DNA of 64,000 nt from Octopus sinensis (taxonomy: Eukaryota), in assembly GCF_006345805.1 (NCBI RefSeq), contig NC_043024.1, positions 11,098,001 through 11,162,000 on the forward strand, read 5' to 3'. Below are positions 1 to 14,665 of the stretch, one piece after another. Both the position numbers and the translations under genes were made by a program. Every line of letters begins with the position of its first letter. The stretch's first letter is position 1. The notes under the pieces are model-generated. The model was not told the origin of the DNA, did not search any database, and saw nothing but the letters and a program-made list of their open reading frames with translations.

Positions 1-887
1 CGTCCCGTCCTGCTGGGGGGAACACATACGCCACAGAAACCGGGAAACCGGGCCCATGAGCCTGGCTAGGCTTGAGAAGGGCGAAATAAGAGTAGAGTAA
101 GTTTTTTTTAAAACATTGAATGGCTATGAAGGTCCACCCAGTTGAAATAGGGATCAAAAAGGGTGTCCATAGATAAAAATGATGGAGAAACACTGATGTA
201 AAACATTAGAGAAAGAAACCTAGTGTTATACATTCATATCTATGTGTATGCGTAGGTATAGGTATATAGGAATACGTCCCCATTATTAGTACTATTTTGT
301 TAAGCGCATCTAGTAAACGGTATGAACTGTGACTAAGGCGGATACGCAGTGTGTATCACTCCGCTATACATATACAGTTTACTCTTATACTTGTTTCAGT
401 CATTTGACTGTGGCCATGCTGGAGCACCGCCTTTTAGTCGAACAAATCGACCCCAGGACTTATTCTTTGTAAGCCTAGTACTATTTCTATCGGTGTCTTT
501 TGCCGAACCGCTAGGTTACGGGGACGTAAACACACCAGCATTGGTTGTCAAGCAATGTTGGGGGGACAAACACAGACGCACAAACATACACATGATTCAT
601 CGTATAGCGGGAAAATGATGAGATGGCCACGGCTGGAATGTCTCTCATTATAGGCCTGCTCTATAAAAGCTGACTTGAGGTTTATTCTCTACAACAAGTA
701 GGACATCCTGTGGAGTTTCCCTGCTACATGGTTCCGGGTTCAGTCCCACTGCTTGGCACCTTGGGCAAGTGTCTTCTACTATAGCCCTCGACCGACCAAA
801 TCTTGTGAGTGGATTTGGTAGACGGAAACTGAAAGAAGCCCGTCGTATATATGTACATACATATATGTATGTATGTATGTATGTATG

Positions 888-933
<46 letters not shown>

Positions 934-1130
934 ACTATATATATATATATATATATACACATATATACATAGGCGTTGGAGTGGGTGTGTGGTAAGTAGC
1001 TTGCTTACCAACCACATGGTTCTGGGTTCAGTCCCACTGCGTGGCATCTTGGGCAAGTACCCTCTACTATAGCCTTGGGCCGACCAAAGCCTTGTGAGTG
1101 GATTTGGTAGACAGAAACTGAAAGAAGCCC

Positions 1131-1209
<79 letters not shown>

Positions 1210-1971
1210 AACCTACCTGTCTATCTATCTATCTGTCTGTCTGTGTGTGTGCTTGCCTCACTAGCATCGCTTATCAACCGATGTTGATTTATTGACGTCA
1301 CTGTAACTTAGCGGTTCGACACAAAAGACCGATAAAATAATTACCAGGCTTTAACAAAAAATTGTACTGGGATGGATTCATTCGACAAAATCCCTTCAAG
1401 GCGATGCCCCAGCATGGCCGCAGTCCCGTGACTGAACCGAGTGAAATATAAATGATAAACCTACAGTACTATTTCAAAAAGGAAAGGCGTCCGGTTTCAA
1501 CTGGTCCTTCATCGGCCGCGACGAGGAGTATTCCAGCTGATACGATCACCGGATCAGCCTGCTCGTGAAATTATCGTGCAAGTGGCTGAGTACTCCACAG
1601 ACACGTGTAACCCTAACGTAGTTCTCAGGGAGATTCAGCGTGACACAGAATGTGACAGGGCTGGCCCCTTTTAAATACAGGTCCTTACTGGTTTTTGCCA
1701 GCCGAGGGGCCAGGAGCAACGTGGAATAAAGTGTCTTGCTCAAGAGCACAAGGCGTCAGCAGGAATCGAACCCACGACCTGCGATCGCCTGCCGAACACC
1801 CTAACAGCTAAGCCACCTGACTTTCACGAGTTGCCCAGCGGTTAATGAGCGGTTAAACACCATTTTCTAGTTTTATCTAGAATAATCCTGGAAATGTAAA
1901 AAGCGACCATCATATGACTAACATCTGGTTTAACTCGTGACTATTTCTCATAGAAGCTCTCTCTCTCTCTC

Positions 1972-2002
<31 letters not shown>

Positions 2003-2043
2003 GTCTGTCTGTCTCCCTCTCTGTCTGTCTCTCTCTCTCTCTG

Positions 2044-2074
<31 letters not shown>

Positions 2075-2156
2075 GTCTGTCTGTCTCTCTCTCACACACA
2101 TACAAGACATATACACAAGTATATTCATACAGTTACATACATTTACACACATATTT

Positions 2157-2192
<36 letters not shown>

Positions 2193-2976
2193 TTACGCAC
2201 ACGGCTACACGAGAGAGGGGGACCCCATACACAAAAACATGAACACTTGCGGATCTACGTACACACATACACACACACTCCGGCACACACACACATACGT
2301 ATACGTACATACGGTCACACACACACACACACACACACACTCACGCGCGCGCACGAATGTTCTACGCGCGTCTCCACACATCCACACACTGTCGCGCACC
2401 CGCACCTCCTGCAACGTTCGGCCTCGACCCTCGCTCTTACACTTTGCCCTCTGTCACGACACTTCCCCCTCTCCCCTTCTTCTCCCCTCCACAGATGTTT
2501 ACACTTCCTTTCTTTCCTCTTCATCTCCATCGAGTGCACTTTGGCACTCCCCCCTTCCTTCCTCTTTCCCTCTATTATACACACACACGCACACATACAA
2601 CAATATTGCGCATGACGCAACGTGTTAACATATTACATATTATTGTACATTAGCTTATATGTATACGAAACATTATTACACACCCCCAGGCCGTGAGGTA
2701 GCGTGTGTAGACACGTTATCACACACTACAGACAGATATATGTATACACACATCATTACACACCAAACACTGATATAACACATCACACACAGCAGGCAGT
2801 GACATATGTAATATATTATTATACACAGCAGTGAGTGAACGTGTACACACATTATTACTCACAACAGAACATTATTTAAGATGTGTACCCACATTATTAC
2901 ACGCTATAGACAATGAGTTAAGACGTGTACTCATATTATTACTCATTCTGGCAATGTTACATGTTTACACACATTA

Positions 2977-3369
2977 CTAGCAGTATCGCCCGGCGTTGCT
3001 CGGGTTTGTTTCGACCCTTTAGAATTAGAATTTTTGAAAAGTAAAAATTTTGCCTTATGTAGCTTGTTATTCTCTTTACGTGAACATTTTTCTGGTTGAA
3101 ATACACCGAAAAATGGCGACACACGTAAAAAATAGAAACAGTGTAAAAAATAGGGATTTCTTAGAAAAAAAGCACTTTTTGCTGTAATAATTTTTGGTGT
3201 TACATGGTCCAATTTGAATTTTATCTTCTACGGAAGGAAGAGGAAGCCTTCTTTTATCATACTCTCAATTTTGGTCAACTTGCGCCGCAGAGTCTCGGAG
3301 GAGATAGTGTTAGTTGAAGGCTACCAAACCTGCCACACACAGACAACTTCAGCTTTATATATAGAGAGA
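2977..3369 (-). mobile_element. Non-autonomous Helitron (same family as 22545-23728)
   Basis: 5' TC, 3' CTAG with GC hairpin cccgagcaacgccggg just upstream, inserted between A and T, no TSD. Confidence 0.8.
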
Positions 3370-3902
3370 TTACACCATGTGCTTTCTGCCGAGGTCAACT
3401 TATCGGGGTCGATAAATTAAGTACCAGTTACGCACTGGGGTCGATATAATTGACTTAATCCCTTTGCCTGTCCTTGTTTGTCCCCTCTGTGTTTAGCCCC
3501 TTGTGGGTAGTAAAGAAACATATTACATGTTGTAAAGATATTATATGTGTATGCATGTTATTGTTATTATTTACGAAGTCAGCCAGTGAGGATAATTAAG
3601 CCTTAGTTAATTAATTAGTGACATACATTGCTGCTGTTAATTTAGTTATAATTTTGAATGACACATCTTTTCAACTAAGCCCTCTCTCAACAGTTTCAAA
3701 TTTCAGTGAGAAATGAAAGTGAGGGAGGAGAAGCCAGTACTGCCCTCCACTACTGCCACTGCCACCAGTAAATTTCTTGAAAGGTGGCTGAGATTAGTAA
3801 ACAGTGTACAAGGACACAGGCATAACTCTGACCATGTGATAAGCAAATGAGCCTACTTTGGGCTTGTGAAGGGTAAACAAGCTTACACCGAGCATGCACA
3901 TC

Positions 3903-4469
3903 TATGAGCTGGTGCAGAAAAGTTCCTGGCTTTAAGGATATCATGAAAGGTCTGAGTTCTTTTATAGGGCATAGGCAAAATGAAGGACCACTGAAATAAG
4001 TGTGCGAATATGAGAAGGGAATATCTTGAATATAATCTCTATATATAAACGGCAAAATGTCTGTCTGTGTGTGTGTCCTTTATACAAATTCACAATTTTT
4101 CAGTTAGAGGGCTCACACTTTCTATGGTCATTCAAAACTGTCCAAGGGTGGTCGTGCACATCTTTACATTTCCCCAGTCACCCAGCAAAGCCATTAAAAA
4201 ATCAATAGAAGTGACCTTTTTGTGAATTTCCTATCCAAAACCTAATCAAAATGCCCGAAACTTGATACGCTAATTGAATGCCAGCTAGCTGTATGTGATT
4301 GGTCGAAGATTTGGACAGTACTCGCATGTATGTGCGCACGCACGCAGCTGTATATGCATGCACTAGCACTGTGACCCGGCGTTGCTGGGTCACAGTGCTA
4401 GTCATAATTAATTGATCCTCCTGTATTTTCTTTTACCTAAAGCCAGGAACTTTCCAGCATCCCCTCGTC
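3903..4469 (+). mobile_element. Mariner-derived MITE (split by Helitron 4036-4401)
   Basis: TIRs gcagaaaagttcctggcttta / taaagccaggaactttccagc; degraded mariner C-terminal codons between them. Confidence 0.6.
4036..4401 (+). mobile_element. Non-autonomous Helitron (second family) inserted in a mariner MITE
   Basis: A|TCTCTATATATAA ... CTAG|T. Flanks rejoin to match the uninterrupted mariner sequence gaataaaa|tcataattaattgatcc at about 18775-18800. Confidence 0.75.
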
Positions 4470-5448
4470 GTAGATTTGGAAACATGAGAGAATGCCTTTG
4501 CTCTTGGTTGTTAGGGTCATTCAGGTTTTGTGGGTTTTATTGATTGGTCCTAGGTTGCTGTTCTCGGCAATTGAGGGCTGGGAAGGGAATCTTGTTTGGT
4601 GGAATTTTGTTTTTTTTTGGTTATATTTTTACACATTTTATGTAATCACCCCCCACTGCTACTATGTTGTATCTTGTCTTTGTATATTGTCATGAGTGCA
4701 GGAGTGGCTGTGTGGTAAGAAGTTTCCTTCCTGACCACCTGATTTCAGGTTCAATCCCACTGCCATACAACCTTGGGCAAATGTTTTCTACTCCGTTATT
4801 TTTTTTTATTGCCCACAAGGGGCTAAACATAGAAGGGACAAACAAGGACAGACAAATGGATTAAGTCGATTATATTGAACCCAGTACACAACTGGTACTT
4901 ATTTCATCGACCCCAAAAGGATGAAAGGCAAAGTCAGAATGTAACGCCTCTGGGTCAACCAAAGCCTTGTGAGTGGATTTGGTAGATGGAAACTGAAAGA
5001 ATCCTCTGTGGTTGTGTGTGTGCATCTGTGTGTGTGTGTCTACATGTGTATATCCATTACTGTCTCTTTTGCCTTAACATCATGTGATAGTTGTGGAAGT
5101 CCCCATCATGACCTCCATGTCCAATCTTTCATAAAAACATGTCTGGCCATGGGGAAATATTATCTTGTTTGGAAGCAGGTGAGTGTTAGAGACAGGAAAG
5201 GCATCCAGCCTTAGTAAAAATTCACTTAAACAAATTTTGTCCAATCCATGCAAGCATGGAAAAGTGGACATTGCAAAACACCAAGAGAACTCCTTCCTTT
5301 GAGCCATTGCAGCTAAAATTTTGCTGTTACCTTGTTGTTTTGTTTACGTTTTGTTTGCACATAGAAACCCCTCTCAGTTTTTGTGACCTTTTCCCTGTAA
5401 TGTTCTTATTTGTATAAGCACGGGGGGGGGGGGGCTAATAAAAAAACT

Positions 5449-6006
5449 ATTGGGCCATCCCCTAAATAATGCAGTTTTTTTTACACTTCTTTTACTTTAA
5501 CTATTGAAAAGATTGCAAGATGCAACGAAAGTTTTAGGACAATAAAAATAAGAAATAAGTGGAAATTTTACCGGTGAGTGTGTTACATAATAAGGCACAA
5601 AAATGAAAATGACTCTCCCCAGACACAACAGAAAATGCTTCAACACACAAACCCATATAAAGAATCTTGCAAACCAAATCCAAAAACGAAAGATCAACAA
5701 AGTTCTTTTTAATCTAAAATATACACTCCTTCATTTCCTACCATGCTCTTCCAATTATCTGGTAGATTTGCAAGGCCACTCTTCCAAAATTCACCTGTCC
5801 ATGACAAAAAATTACTCCTCCTGTACTGTTCTGACCTCGTCTACAAAATTCATATCTTTTCCATCCAAATGATTTTGAAGACTGCGAAATAAATGATAAT
5901 CAGATGGGGCAATGTCCGGTGAATATGATGGGTGGAGCATCGTTTCCCATTCAAACTGCTCCAGCCTTTGGAATGTCATCTTTGCTGTATGTGGTTGAGC
6001 ACTATC
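5449..6006 (-). mobile_element. Mariner (DD34D) transposase 3' remnant with right TIR
   Basis: Minus-strand translation DSAQPHTAKMTFQRLEQFEWETMLHPSYSPDIAPSDYHLFRSLQNHL has 34 residues between the two Asp. TIR-like tattgggccatccctaaataatgcagttttt at about 5449-5480. Confidence 0.8.
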
Positions 6007-6009
6007 TTT

Positions 6010-6179
6010 GCCTGTCGCTATGTTCTGAGTTCAAATTCCACTGAGGTTGACTTTGCCTTTCATTCTCTCGGTGTCAATAAATCAAGTACCAGTTGCATAC
6101 TGAGGTTGATCTAATCGACTGGCCCTCTCCCCACAAATTTCAGGCCTTGGACCTATGGTAGAAAGGATTATCATCATCA

Positions 6180-6222
<43 letters not shown>

Positions 6223-6690
6223 CATCCTTGTTAAGGCAGCAAGCTGGCAGAATTCTTAACACGCTGGATGAAATGCTTAGCAGTATTTCGCCCGTTGCAC
6301 ATGAGTTCAAATTTCGCTGAGATCGACTTTGCCTTTCATCCTTCCAGGGTCGATAAATTAAGTACCTATTTCTATATTGCCCACAGGGGGCTAAACACAG
6401 AGGGGACAAACAAGGGATTAAGTCGATTACATCGACCCCAGTGCGTAACTGGTACTTATTTAATCGACCCTGAAAGGATGAAAGGCAAAGTCGACCTCGG
6501 CAGAATTTGAACTCAGAACATAAAGACAGATGAAATACCGCTAAGCATTTCGCTCGGCGTGCTAACGATTCTGCCAGCTTGCCGCCCTTAAATTAAGTAC
6601 CAGTGAAACACTGGGGTCTATGTAATCGACTAGTCCCCTCCCCACAAATTTCAGGCCTTGTGCCTATAATAGAAAGGATTATTATTATTA
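6010..6690. mobile_element. Cluster of SINEs of the family that forms the 185-bp satellite
   Basis: Head aggcggcgagctggcagaa, core gactttgcctttcatcctttcggggtcgataaa.aagtaccag, (att)n tails. Many further copies, e.g. 41437-41935, 45480-46170, 52420-53150, 55925-56130, 57480-57910. Confidence 0.8.
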
Positions 6691-7424
6691 TTATTATTAT
6701 TATTATTGGTGCTGCTGCTGATGATGGTGATGATGATAAAGGACGATGAGTCGGCAGAATTGAACCTAGTTGCAATTGTGGGAGTTGTGAAGGTGATTAT
6801 AATTTTGCTGATGATGATGATGATGGTAGTGGTGGCAATAGTGGTGGATGTTAGGATGCTAGTGGTACTGATGTTTACGGTCCTTATGACGGAGGAGTGG
6901 TGGTGGTGGTGGTGGAGACGGAGTGATGGTTGGTGGTGGTGGCCAGGCAAAATATTTCCTATATTACTTCCTGGCTTTCTCTGTAGGAGTGTCACATGTT
7001 TAAAAGGTTCTCTCTCTCTCTCTCTCTCTCTTACTCACTCACTCATTCTTACCATTTCTCTCACTTTCTTTCACTCACTCTCCCACACTCTTTCTTACTC
7101 TTTCCATTTCGCTCTCTCTTTCTCTCCCTTACTCACTCTTTCTTTCTCTCTAGCTTTCTCTCTCTCCCTTACTCACTCTTTCCATTTCTCTCTCTTTCTC
7201 TCACACTCTCTCATACTCTCCCTCACTTTTCCTCACTCTTTCCATTTCTCTTGCTTCCACATTTTATTATTCATGTTCTTCATATTGCACTCAACCAAGG
7301 TGGACGGTGCCACTAACTCCACTTCTTAACTGTGAGTTTTTATATTTTCATTTCAATAATGCCACTTACTACACTTTCTTTCTTTCCCTTACACATACAT
7401 ATATACACATACATATATACATAC

Positions 7425-7472
<48 letters not shown>

Positions 7473-7854
7473 TGGCTTGTGTATATGGCTCCAACATGGC
7501 TCCAACACACGTGGTTAGAGCATTAGGCTTACAACCATGAGGTTGTGAGTTGGATTCTTGGACCAGGCTGTTGTGTTGTGTTCTTGAGCAAGACACTTTA
7601 TTTCACGTTGCTCCAGTTCACTCAGCTGTTGAAATGAGTTGCGATGTCACTGGTGCCAAGCTGTATCGGCCCCTTTGCCTTTCCCTTGGATAACATTGGT
7701 AGCATGGAGAAGGGAGGCTGGGATGCATGGGTGACTGCTGTTCTTCCATAAAAACACCCTAGGTTGTGCGTTTGCTGTTGAGACGACTTTCCACCCAGAT
7801 GTGTACCTCAGAGGTGCACCCGTGGTCAGTCGTGACCAATGGAGTCGAGTATAT

Positions 7855-7885
<31 letters not shown>

Positions 7886-8015
7886 TATATAATATATATA
7901 TATATATATATGTATATACATATATATCTATATACATACATTATATTGTATATACATACCTATATATATGTATATACATATATATCTATATACATACATA
8001 TATATGTATAACATA

Positions 8016-8052
<37 letters not shown>

Positions 8053-8655
8053 CATACCTATATATACATATATATATGTATTATATATATATATTATATA
8101 TATATATATATATAATATATATATATACACATACATATATATGTAGTACATACCTATATATATGTATATACATAATATCTATATACATACATATATATAT
8201 ATATATACACACACACCCACATATTACTTTTACTTGTTTCAGTCATTAGACTGCTGTGGCCATGCTGGAGCATCGCCTTAAGGGGTTTTGGTCAAACAAA
8301 TTGACCCCAGGACTTATTCTTTGTAAGCCTAGTACTTATTCTATTGGTCTCTTTTCCAAACCACTAAGTCACGGGGACATAAACACACTAACATCGGTTG
8401 TCAAATGATGGTGGTGGGAACATACACAGAAACAAAGACACACATACGTAGATTACATATATATACGGCGGGCTTCTTTCAGTTTCCACCTACCAAATCC
8501 ACTCACAAGGCTTTGGTCAGCCTGTGGCTATAGTAGAAGACACTTGCCCAAGGTGCCACGCAGTGGGACTGAACCCGGAACCATGTGGTTAGGAAGCAAG
8601 CTTCTTACCACACAGCCATGCCTGTGTTGGATAGACAGACAAATGGATAAATAGA

Positions 8656-8707
<52 letters not shown>

Positions 8708-9189
8708 CATACACACACACATATATATATATACACACACACACATGCATGCATGTATTGTGTGGCATGACTGTCAACAAGTGCTACTCACTACTCCCGG
8801 AAGAGACTAAGAATATTATTAGAATATGAACCACAAAAATCCTTGTGAAATCCAGTTAAGCAGGATTTCCTGGCCAAAATGGAAATAGATGCAGTCATGT
8901 GCTAGTTTTACCAGCTCAATGAATGGTGACATAAATTTTTGGCCAGTAAACCCAGAGTACAGTAATCCTTCGCCATATCTTGGTTTTTTATTTGCACTTA
9001 CATCAATTCCTCCGTGGTGTTGTTTTGCATTTATAACGAGATAAATATTTACAAATTATAGAAATAATTAGAAAATATATAGTACAGTACTGTTTCTACT
9101 TCACGGAAATACAACGATAGTTGTATTTCAGGAGGCTTTTTGAGAGTTAACCAACATCAATGGAAATTGCAGCTGTGATACCAGTGCCG

Positions 9190-9520
9190 GTGGTACGTGA
9201 GAAAACCATCCAAACGTGGCCGTTGCCAGCGCTGCCCCGACTGGCCTCTGAGCCAGTGGCACGTAAAAAGCACCATCCGATCGTGGCCGTTGCTAGCCTC
9301 GCCTGGCCCCCGTGCCGGTGGCACGTAAAAAGAACCATCCGATCGTGGCCGTTGCTAGCCTCGCCTGGCCCCCGTGCCGGTGGCACGTAAAAAGCACCAT
9401 CCGACCGTGGCCATTGCCAGCCTCGCCTGGCACCTGTGCCGGTGGCACGTAAAAAGCACCATCCGATCGTAGGCGTTGCCAGCCTTGCCTGGCCCCCGTG
9501 CCGGTGGCACGTAAAACGCA
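9190..9520 (+). repeat. 62-bp GC-rich minisatellite (about 5 units) inside a SINE with RTE-like tail
   Basis: gtggcacgtaaaaag recurs at 9256, 9318, 9380, 9442, 9504; element continues to a (gat)n tail at about 9685. Confidence 0.9.
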
Positions 9521-10011
9521 CCCACTACACTCACGGAGTGGTTGGCGTTAGGAAGGGCATCCAGCTGTAGAAACACTGCCAGATCAGACTGGAGCCTGGT
9601 GCGGCCTTCTGGCTTCCCAGATCCCAGTTGAACCGTCCAAGCTATGCTAGCATGGAGAACGGACGCTAAACGATGATGATGATGAGATAAAAACCAAAAA
9701 AATACATACACACACACACACGTGTGTAGGGGTTGGCATTCGGGAGGGTGTCCAGCTGTGGAAAGCATGCGAAATTAGACATGGCACCTAACAGAACTCT
9801 CTGTCTCGTTTGTTCTTGTTGAAATATCCAACGTTTTCTAGCATGGCATAAAGGTGTGGTTGTGTGGTAAGAAGCTGAGTTCTCAACCACGTGGTTCCGG
9901 GTTCAGTCCCACTGCGTGGCACCTTGGGCAAGTGTCTTCTACTAAAGCCTCGGGCTGACCAAAGTCTTGTGAGTGGATTTGGAGACGGAAACTGAAAGAA
10001 GCCTGTCGTAT

Positions 10012-10065
<54 letters not shown>

Positions 10066-10236
10066 CATATATATATATATACATATGTATATATATATAT
10101 ATACATATGTATATATACATACATATGTTATATTACATATGTATATAATATATATACATATGTTATATACAACATATGTTATATATATATACATATGTAT
10201 ATATACATACATATGTATTATAGATATATACATATG

Positions 10237-10293
<57 letters not shown>

Positions 10294-10667
10294 ATATGTT
10301 TGTGTGTCTGTGTTTGTTCCCCCCACCATTGCTTACCACCGATGTTGCTGAGTTTATGTCCCCATAACCTAGCAGTTCAGCAGAAGCGACCGATAGAATA
10401 AGTACTAGGCTTACAAAGAATAAGTCCTGGGGTTGATTTGTACAACTAAAGGCAGTGCTCCAACATGGCCATAGTCAAATGACTGAAACAGGTAAAAGAA
10501 TAAAATAAAATGACTGTGTGTGTGTACCTTTTTGTGTATTTATATGTATGTGTGTGTACATATAACTGATGTATAAATATGTGCATATACATGTATGTAT
10601 AATGTTATGTATGTGTACGTATATGCATATATATATATTTATGTGTGTTTTCATATAATTATAATAA

Positions 10668-11690
10668 TGAAATTATTGTATATAGTGCTCAGGTGCACCA
10701 CAACTTGTCAGAAAGTGCATATAAAGTACATGCAGTAGTGTAGAAATGTCTGGGTGTATGGAGGGGAGAAAATCAAGTGTAGTGTTGGCGAATCTCAGGA
10801 AGCATGGAAGTTTTGAAGGATGCAGTGTTCCGACAACTAACAACTGATGCCGGCAGTTTGTTCCATGCTTCAGCAACTCTTAGCGTGAAAACAATGTTTC
10901 CGAAAGTCATGGGAGCTGTGCTGTTTTCTGACTTTGTAAATATGGCCACGGGTGTTAGACGGGTGGAGTTTGAAAAGGTGCTCAGAGTTATTGTTTGTAC
11001 GATGGTTGATAATTTTATGGGTGTCTGCCAAGTCAGCTGCCAGACGTCGGAGTTTCAATGTGTCTTACACACTCTATCTCTTTATAATAATGAAATAATA
11101 ATAATGATGACAATAATGAAATTATTGTGTATAGTGCTCAGGTGCACTACGACTCATCAAAGGTGCATGTACAGCACATAGAATTATGTGCAAATGTCCA
11201 AGTAAGTGAACAGTGTATAAGTCATGATATACAGGTGTGCATGCATATGGAGGCGGGGTGGATATCAGGTATAGTGTTGATGAATTTCAGGAAGCATGGA
11301 GGTTTTAAAGAATGCAATGTCTCGGCAACTAACAACTGTTTGTTCCATGCTTCAGCAACTCTGAGTGTGGAAAAATGTTTCCGAAAGTCATGCTGTTTTC
11401 TGACTTTGTAAACATGTCCACAGGTGTTAGACAGGTAGAGTTTGAAAAGGTGCTCAGAGTTATTGTTAGCAAGATGGTTAATAAGTTTATGGGTGTCTGC
11501 CAAGTCAGTTGCCAGATGTCGGTGTTTCAATGTATCTTTGCCCAGGGAAGCAAGGCATCCAGAATATCGTAGATGCTTGATTGAGGGTATTCTCTTGGTT
11601 GCACGTCGCTGAACAGTTTCCAGGAGGTCAATATCCTGAGCAAGATAGGGGTTCCAGACTGGTGATGCAAATTCCAAGTGTGACCACACT
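10668..11690 (-). mobile_element. Two tandem 5'-truncated CR1-clade LINE 3' ends
   Basis: HLEFASPVWNPY...DIDLLETVQRRATKRIP...RHLATDL...TCGHVYKVRK...DFRKHF..LRVAEAWNK; (att)n tails. Confidence 0.85.
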
Positions 11691-13258
11691 ATTTCTGTTT
11701 TTTTTTCTATATTTCCCTCTAAACTATATCACTCATGATTTATGTTCAATACTAACAATATATAACGATAAACGTCGCCCTTTTCAAGCCTAGCCAGGCT
11801 CATGGGTCCGGTTTCCCTATTTCTGTGGGGTATGTGCCTCCCCCCCAGCTGGACGGGACGCCAGTCCATCACAGCGTTACTCAAGAAACAGGAAGAGAGA
11901 GTGAGAGAAAGTTGTGGCGAAAGAGTACAACAGGGGTTGCCACCAACCCCTGCCAGAACCTCATGGAGCTTTTAGGTGTTTTCGCTCAATAAACACACAC
12001 AACGACCGGTCTGGGAATCGAAACCGCGATCCTCCAACCGCGAGTCTGCTGCCCTAACCACTGGACCATTGTGCCCCCACACTATCGATCTGTACAGTTT
12101 ACAAATGCCCCTCATCATCAACAAATCATTTTACAAACGATTTTCCAAGCATAAAACTTGTCAGGCAACAAATGATGTCTCAAGAAATGAACACTCAAGC
12201 CAGCAACAATGGTTGGCCTTTGTGAGCCGCTCTCCGGTTATCTATCTCAGGCTTTATATAGCTATGGTGCGGCCTGACTTAGCGGTTTGGCAAAAGAGCC
12301 CAATAGAATAAGTCCTGTGTTTGATTTGCTCGACTTAAGGCGGTGCTCCAGCATGGCCACAGTCAAATGACTGAAACAAGTAAAAGAGTAAAGACTAATT
12401 TGAAATGAGAATGAGCTGCTGATTAAAAAAAATATACTTCAAACTTTAAAGTTAGAATTTAGGGGTCAGATTTGAAGTTTGAGATTAGTGTAAGGTTTCT
12501 TGGAGAAGAGAAAGATTTTCAAAAATACGAGTTTGTGAATTTATTTTTGGCAAGAATTATAATTATTTCCAAAGTCTGAAACATAAATCTAAAAATGGAA
12601 ATTTATAAACAAATTAACGTTTCAAAAGTGACAGGGGAGGATGGTAGGATGGTGACGGGTGGTTGTTATCATTTTAAACTATGACTTGCAGTCTTCACCG
12701 ATTTAAAAAAAAACAATTATTTATTTATTTGACAAGCAATAGTCATTAAAAAATAAATTAAGATAATTATAGTGTGTATGTGTGTATGTGCGTGTGTGTG
12801 TCAACATGTGTATATATACATATACTCTTTTACTTGTTTCAGTCATTTGACTGCGGCCATGCTGGAGCGCCGCCTTTAATCGAGCAACTTGACCCCGGGA
12901 CTTATTCTTTTGTAAGCCCAGTACTTATTCTATCGGTCTCTTTTGCCGAACCGCTGAGTTACGGCGACGTAAACACACCAGCATCGGTTGTCAAGCAATG
13001 CTAGGGGGACAAACACAGACACACAAACACATACACACGCATATATATATATATACATATATACAACGGGCTTCTTTCAGTTTCCGTCTACCAAATCCAC
13101 TCATAAGGCTTTGGTCGGCCTGAGGCTATAGTAGAAGACACTTGCCCAAGGTGCCACACAGTGGGACTGAACCCGGAACCATGTGGTTGGTAAACAAGCT
13201 ACTTACCACACAGCCACTCCTGTGCATATGTGTATTATATCCATGTATATATGAATGC

Positions 13259-13292
<34 letters not shown>

Positions 13293-13521
13293 GAATGCAT
13301 GTGTGTATACATTAATAATTGAAATTGGAAATACCTGCTGATTAAGTAATTAAAATTTGTTATCAGTTCCATTGTTTTCCTAAAATGGTTCGTTACGCCT
13401 CCACCCCGTCCCCCTCTCCACTCCCACTAAATCTCAATTAATTGTTTGATTCAATTTATCTATCTATTCTACTTTGGAGTCTTATCTCCTAATTCAATGA
13501 TTTTGCTAAACCGGGGGAGTG

Positions 13522-13729
13522 TATATAAGCGTACGCTGTGAAATCTATATTTCATAATTGCTTGTTTACTAAAGTCATCAAATATCACAGTTTGTGATAA
13601 TCTGATTGTCTGTGGACCTAAGATTTACGTCTTTGGAGGATTGTCAGGGAAGAAATCTTCCGATTCCAAATTCTTCATTTGTTCCGAAATCTTTGGAGAG
13701 AAAAAAAACTAAGAGAAAATACGGTAATT
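13522..13729 (+). promoter_or_regulatory. Candidate TATA promoter with ATG-free non-coding exon (possible distal HO first exon)
   Basis: TATATAAG at 13522-13529, Inr-like TCA with the A at 13554 (32 nt downstream), 170 nt without ATG, donor acg|GTAATT (GT at 13724). Lies in non-repetitive sequence between two SINEs. Confidence 0.4.
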
Positions 13730-14336
13730 TTTCTTTACTTACTCTATTACTCTTTTACTTGTTTTCAGTCATTTGACTGCGGCCATGCTGGAGCACCGCC
13801 TTTATAGTCGATCAAATCGACCCTGGGACTTATTCTTTGTAAGCTCAGTACTTATTCTATCAGTCTCTTTTGCCAAACTGCTAGGTTACAGGGACATAAA
13901 CACACCAGCATCGGTTGTCAAGCAATGCTAGGGGGACAAACACAGACACACAAACATACATGCATACACATATATATATACATACATACAACGGGCTTCT
14001 TTCAGTTTCCGTCTACCAAATCCACTCACAAGGCTTTGTTCAACCCGAGGCTACAGTAGAAGACACTTGCCCAAGATGCCACACAGTGGGAATGAACCCG
14101 AAACCATGTGGTTGGTAAGCAAGCTACTTACCACACAGCCACTCTTGGGTTTTTTTTTTGGTTTGTTTTCTATTTTTGGCACAGATGTTGTTTTGTGGTT
14201 AAGAAGTGTGCTTTCTGACTGTTTAGCTCCAGGTTCAATCCCACTGTGTGGCACATTGGGCAAATATAGTCTGCTATATAACCCCTGGCCAATTTATTGA
14301 GTAAATTTGGTTGACAGAAACTGTGAGGAAGCCCAT

Positions 14337-14379
<43 letters not shown>

Positions 14380-14622
14380 CTGTTCGTCTGTCTGTATACA
14401 TATGTGTGTGTATGTGTGTGTGTGTGTATGTATGTATGTATACATCATCATCAGCATCGTTTAGCGTCTGCTTTCCGTGCTGGCATGGGTTGGACGGTTC
14501 AACTGGGGTCTGGGAAGCCAGGGGCTGCACCAGGCTCCAGTCTGATCTGGCAATGTTTCTATGGCTGGATGCCCTTCCTAATGCCGACCACTCCATGAGT
14601 GTAGTGCTCCATGAGTGTAGTG

Positions 14623-14665
<43 letters not shown>

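Noticed and set aside
12417-13345. Two TGCTGATTAA motifs (12417, 13336) resembling Nrf2/Maf stress-response elements of HO-1
   Set aside because: They deviate from the TGCnnnGTCA consensus and are plausible by chance in AT-rich DNA.
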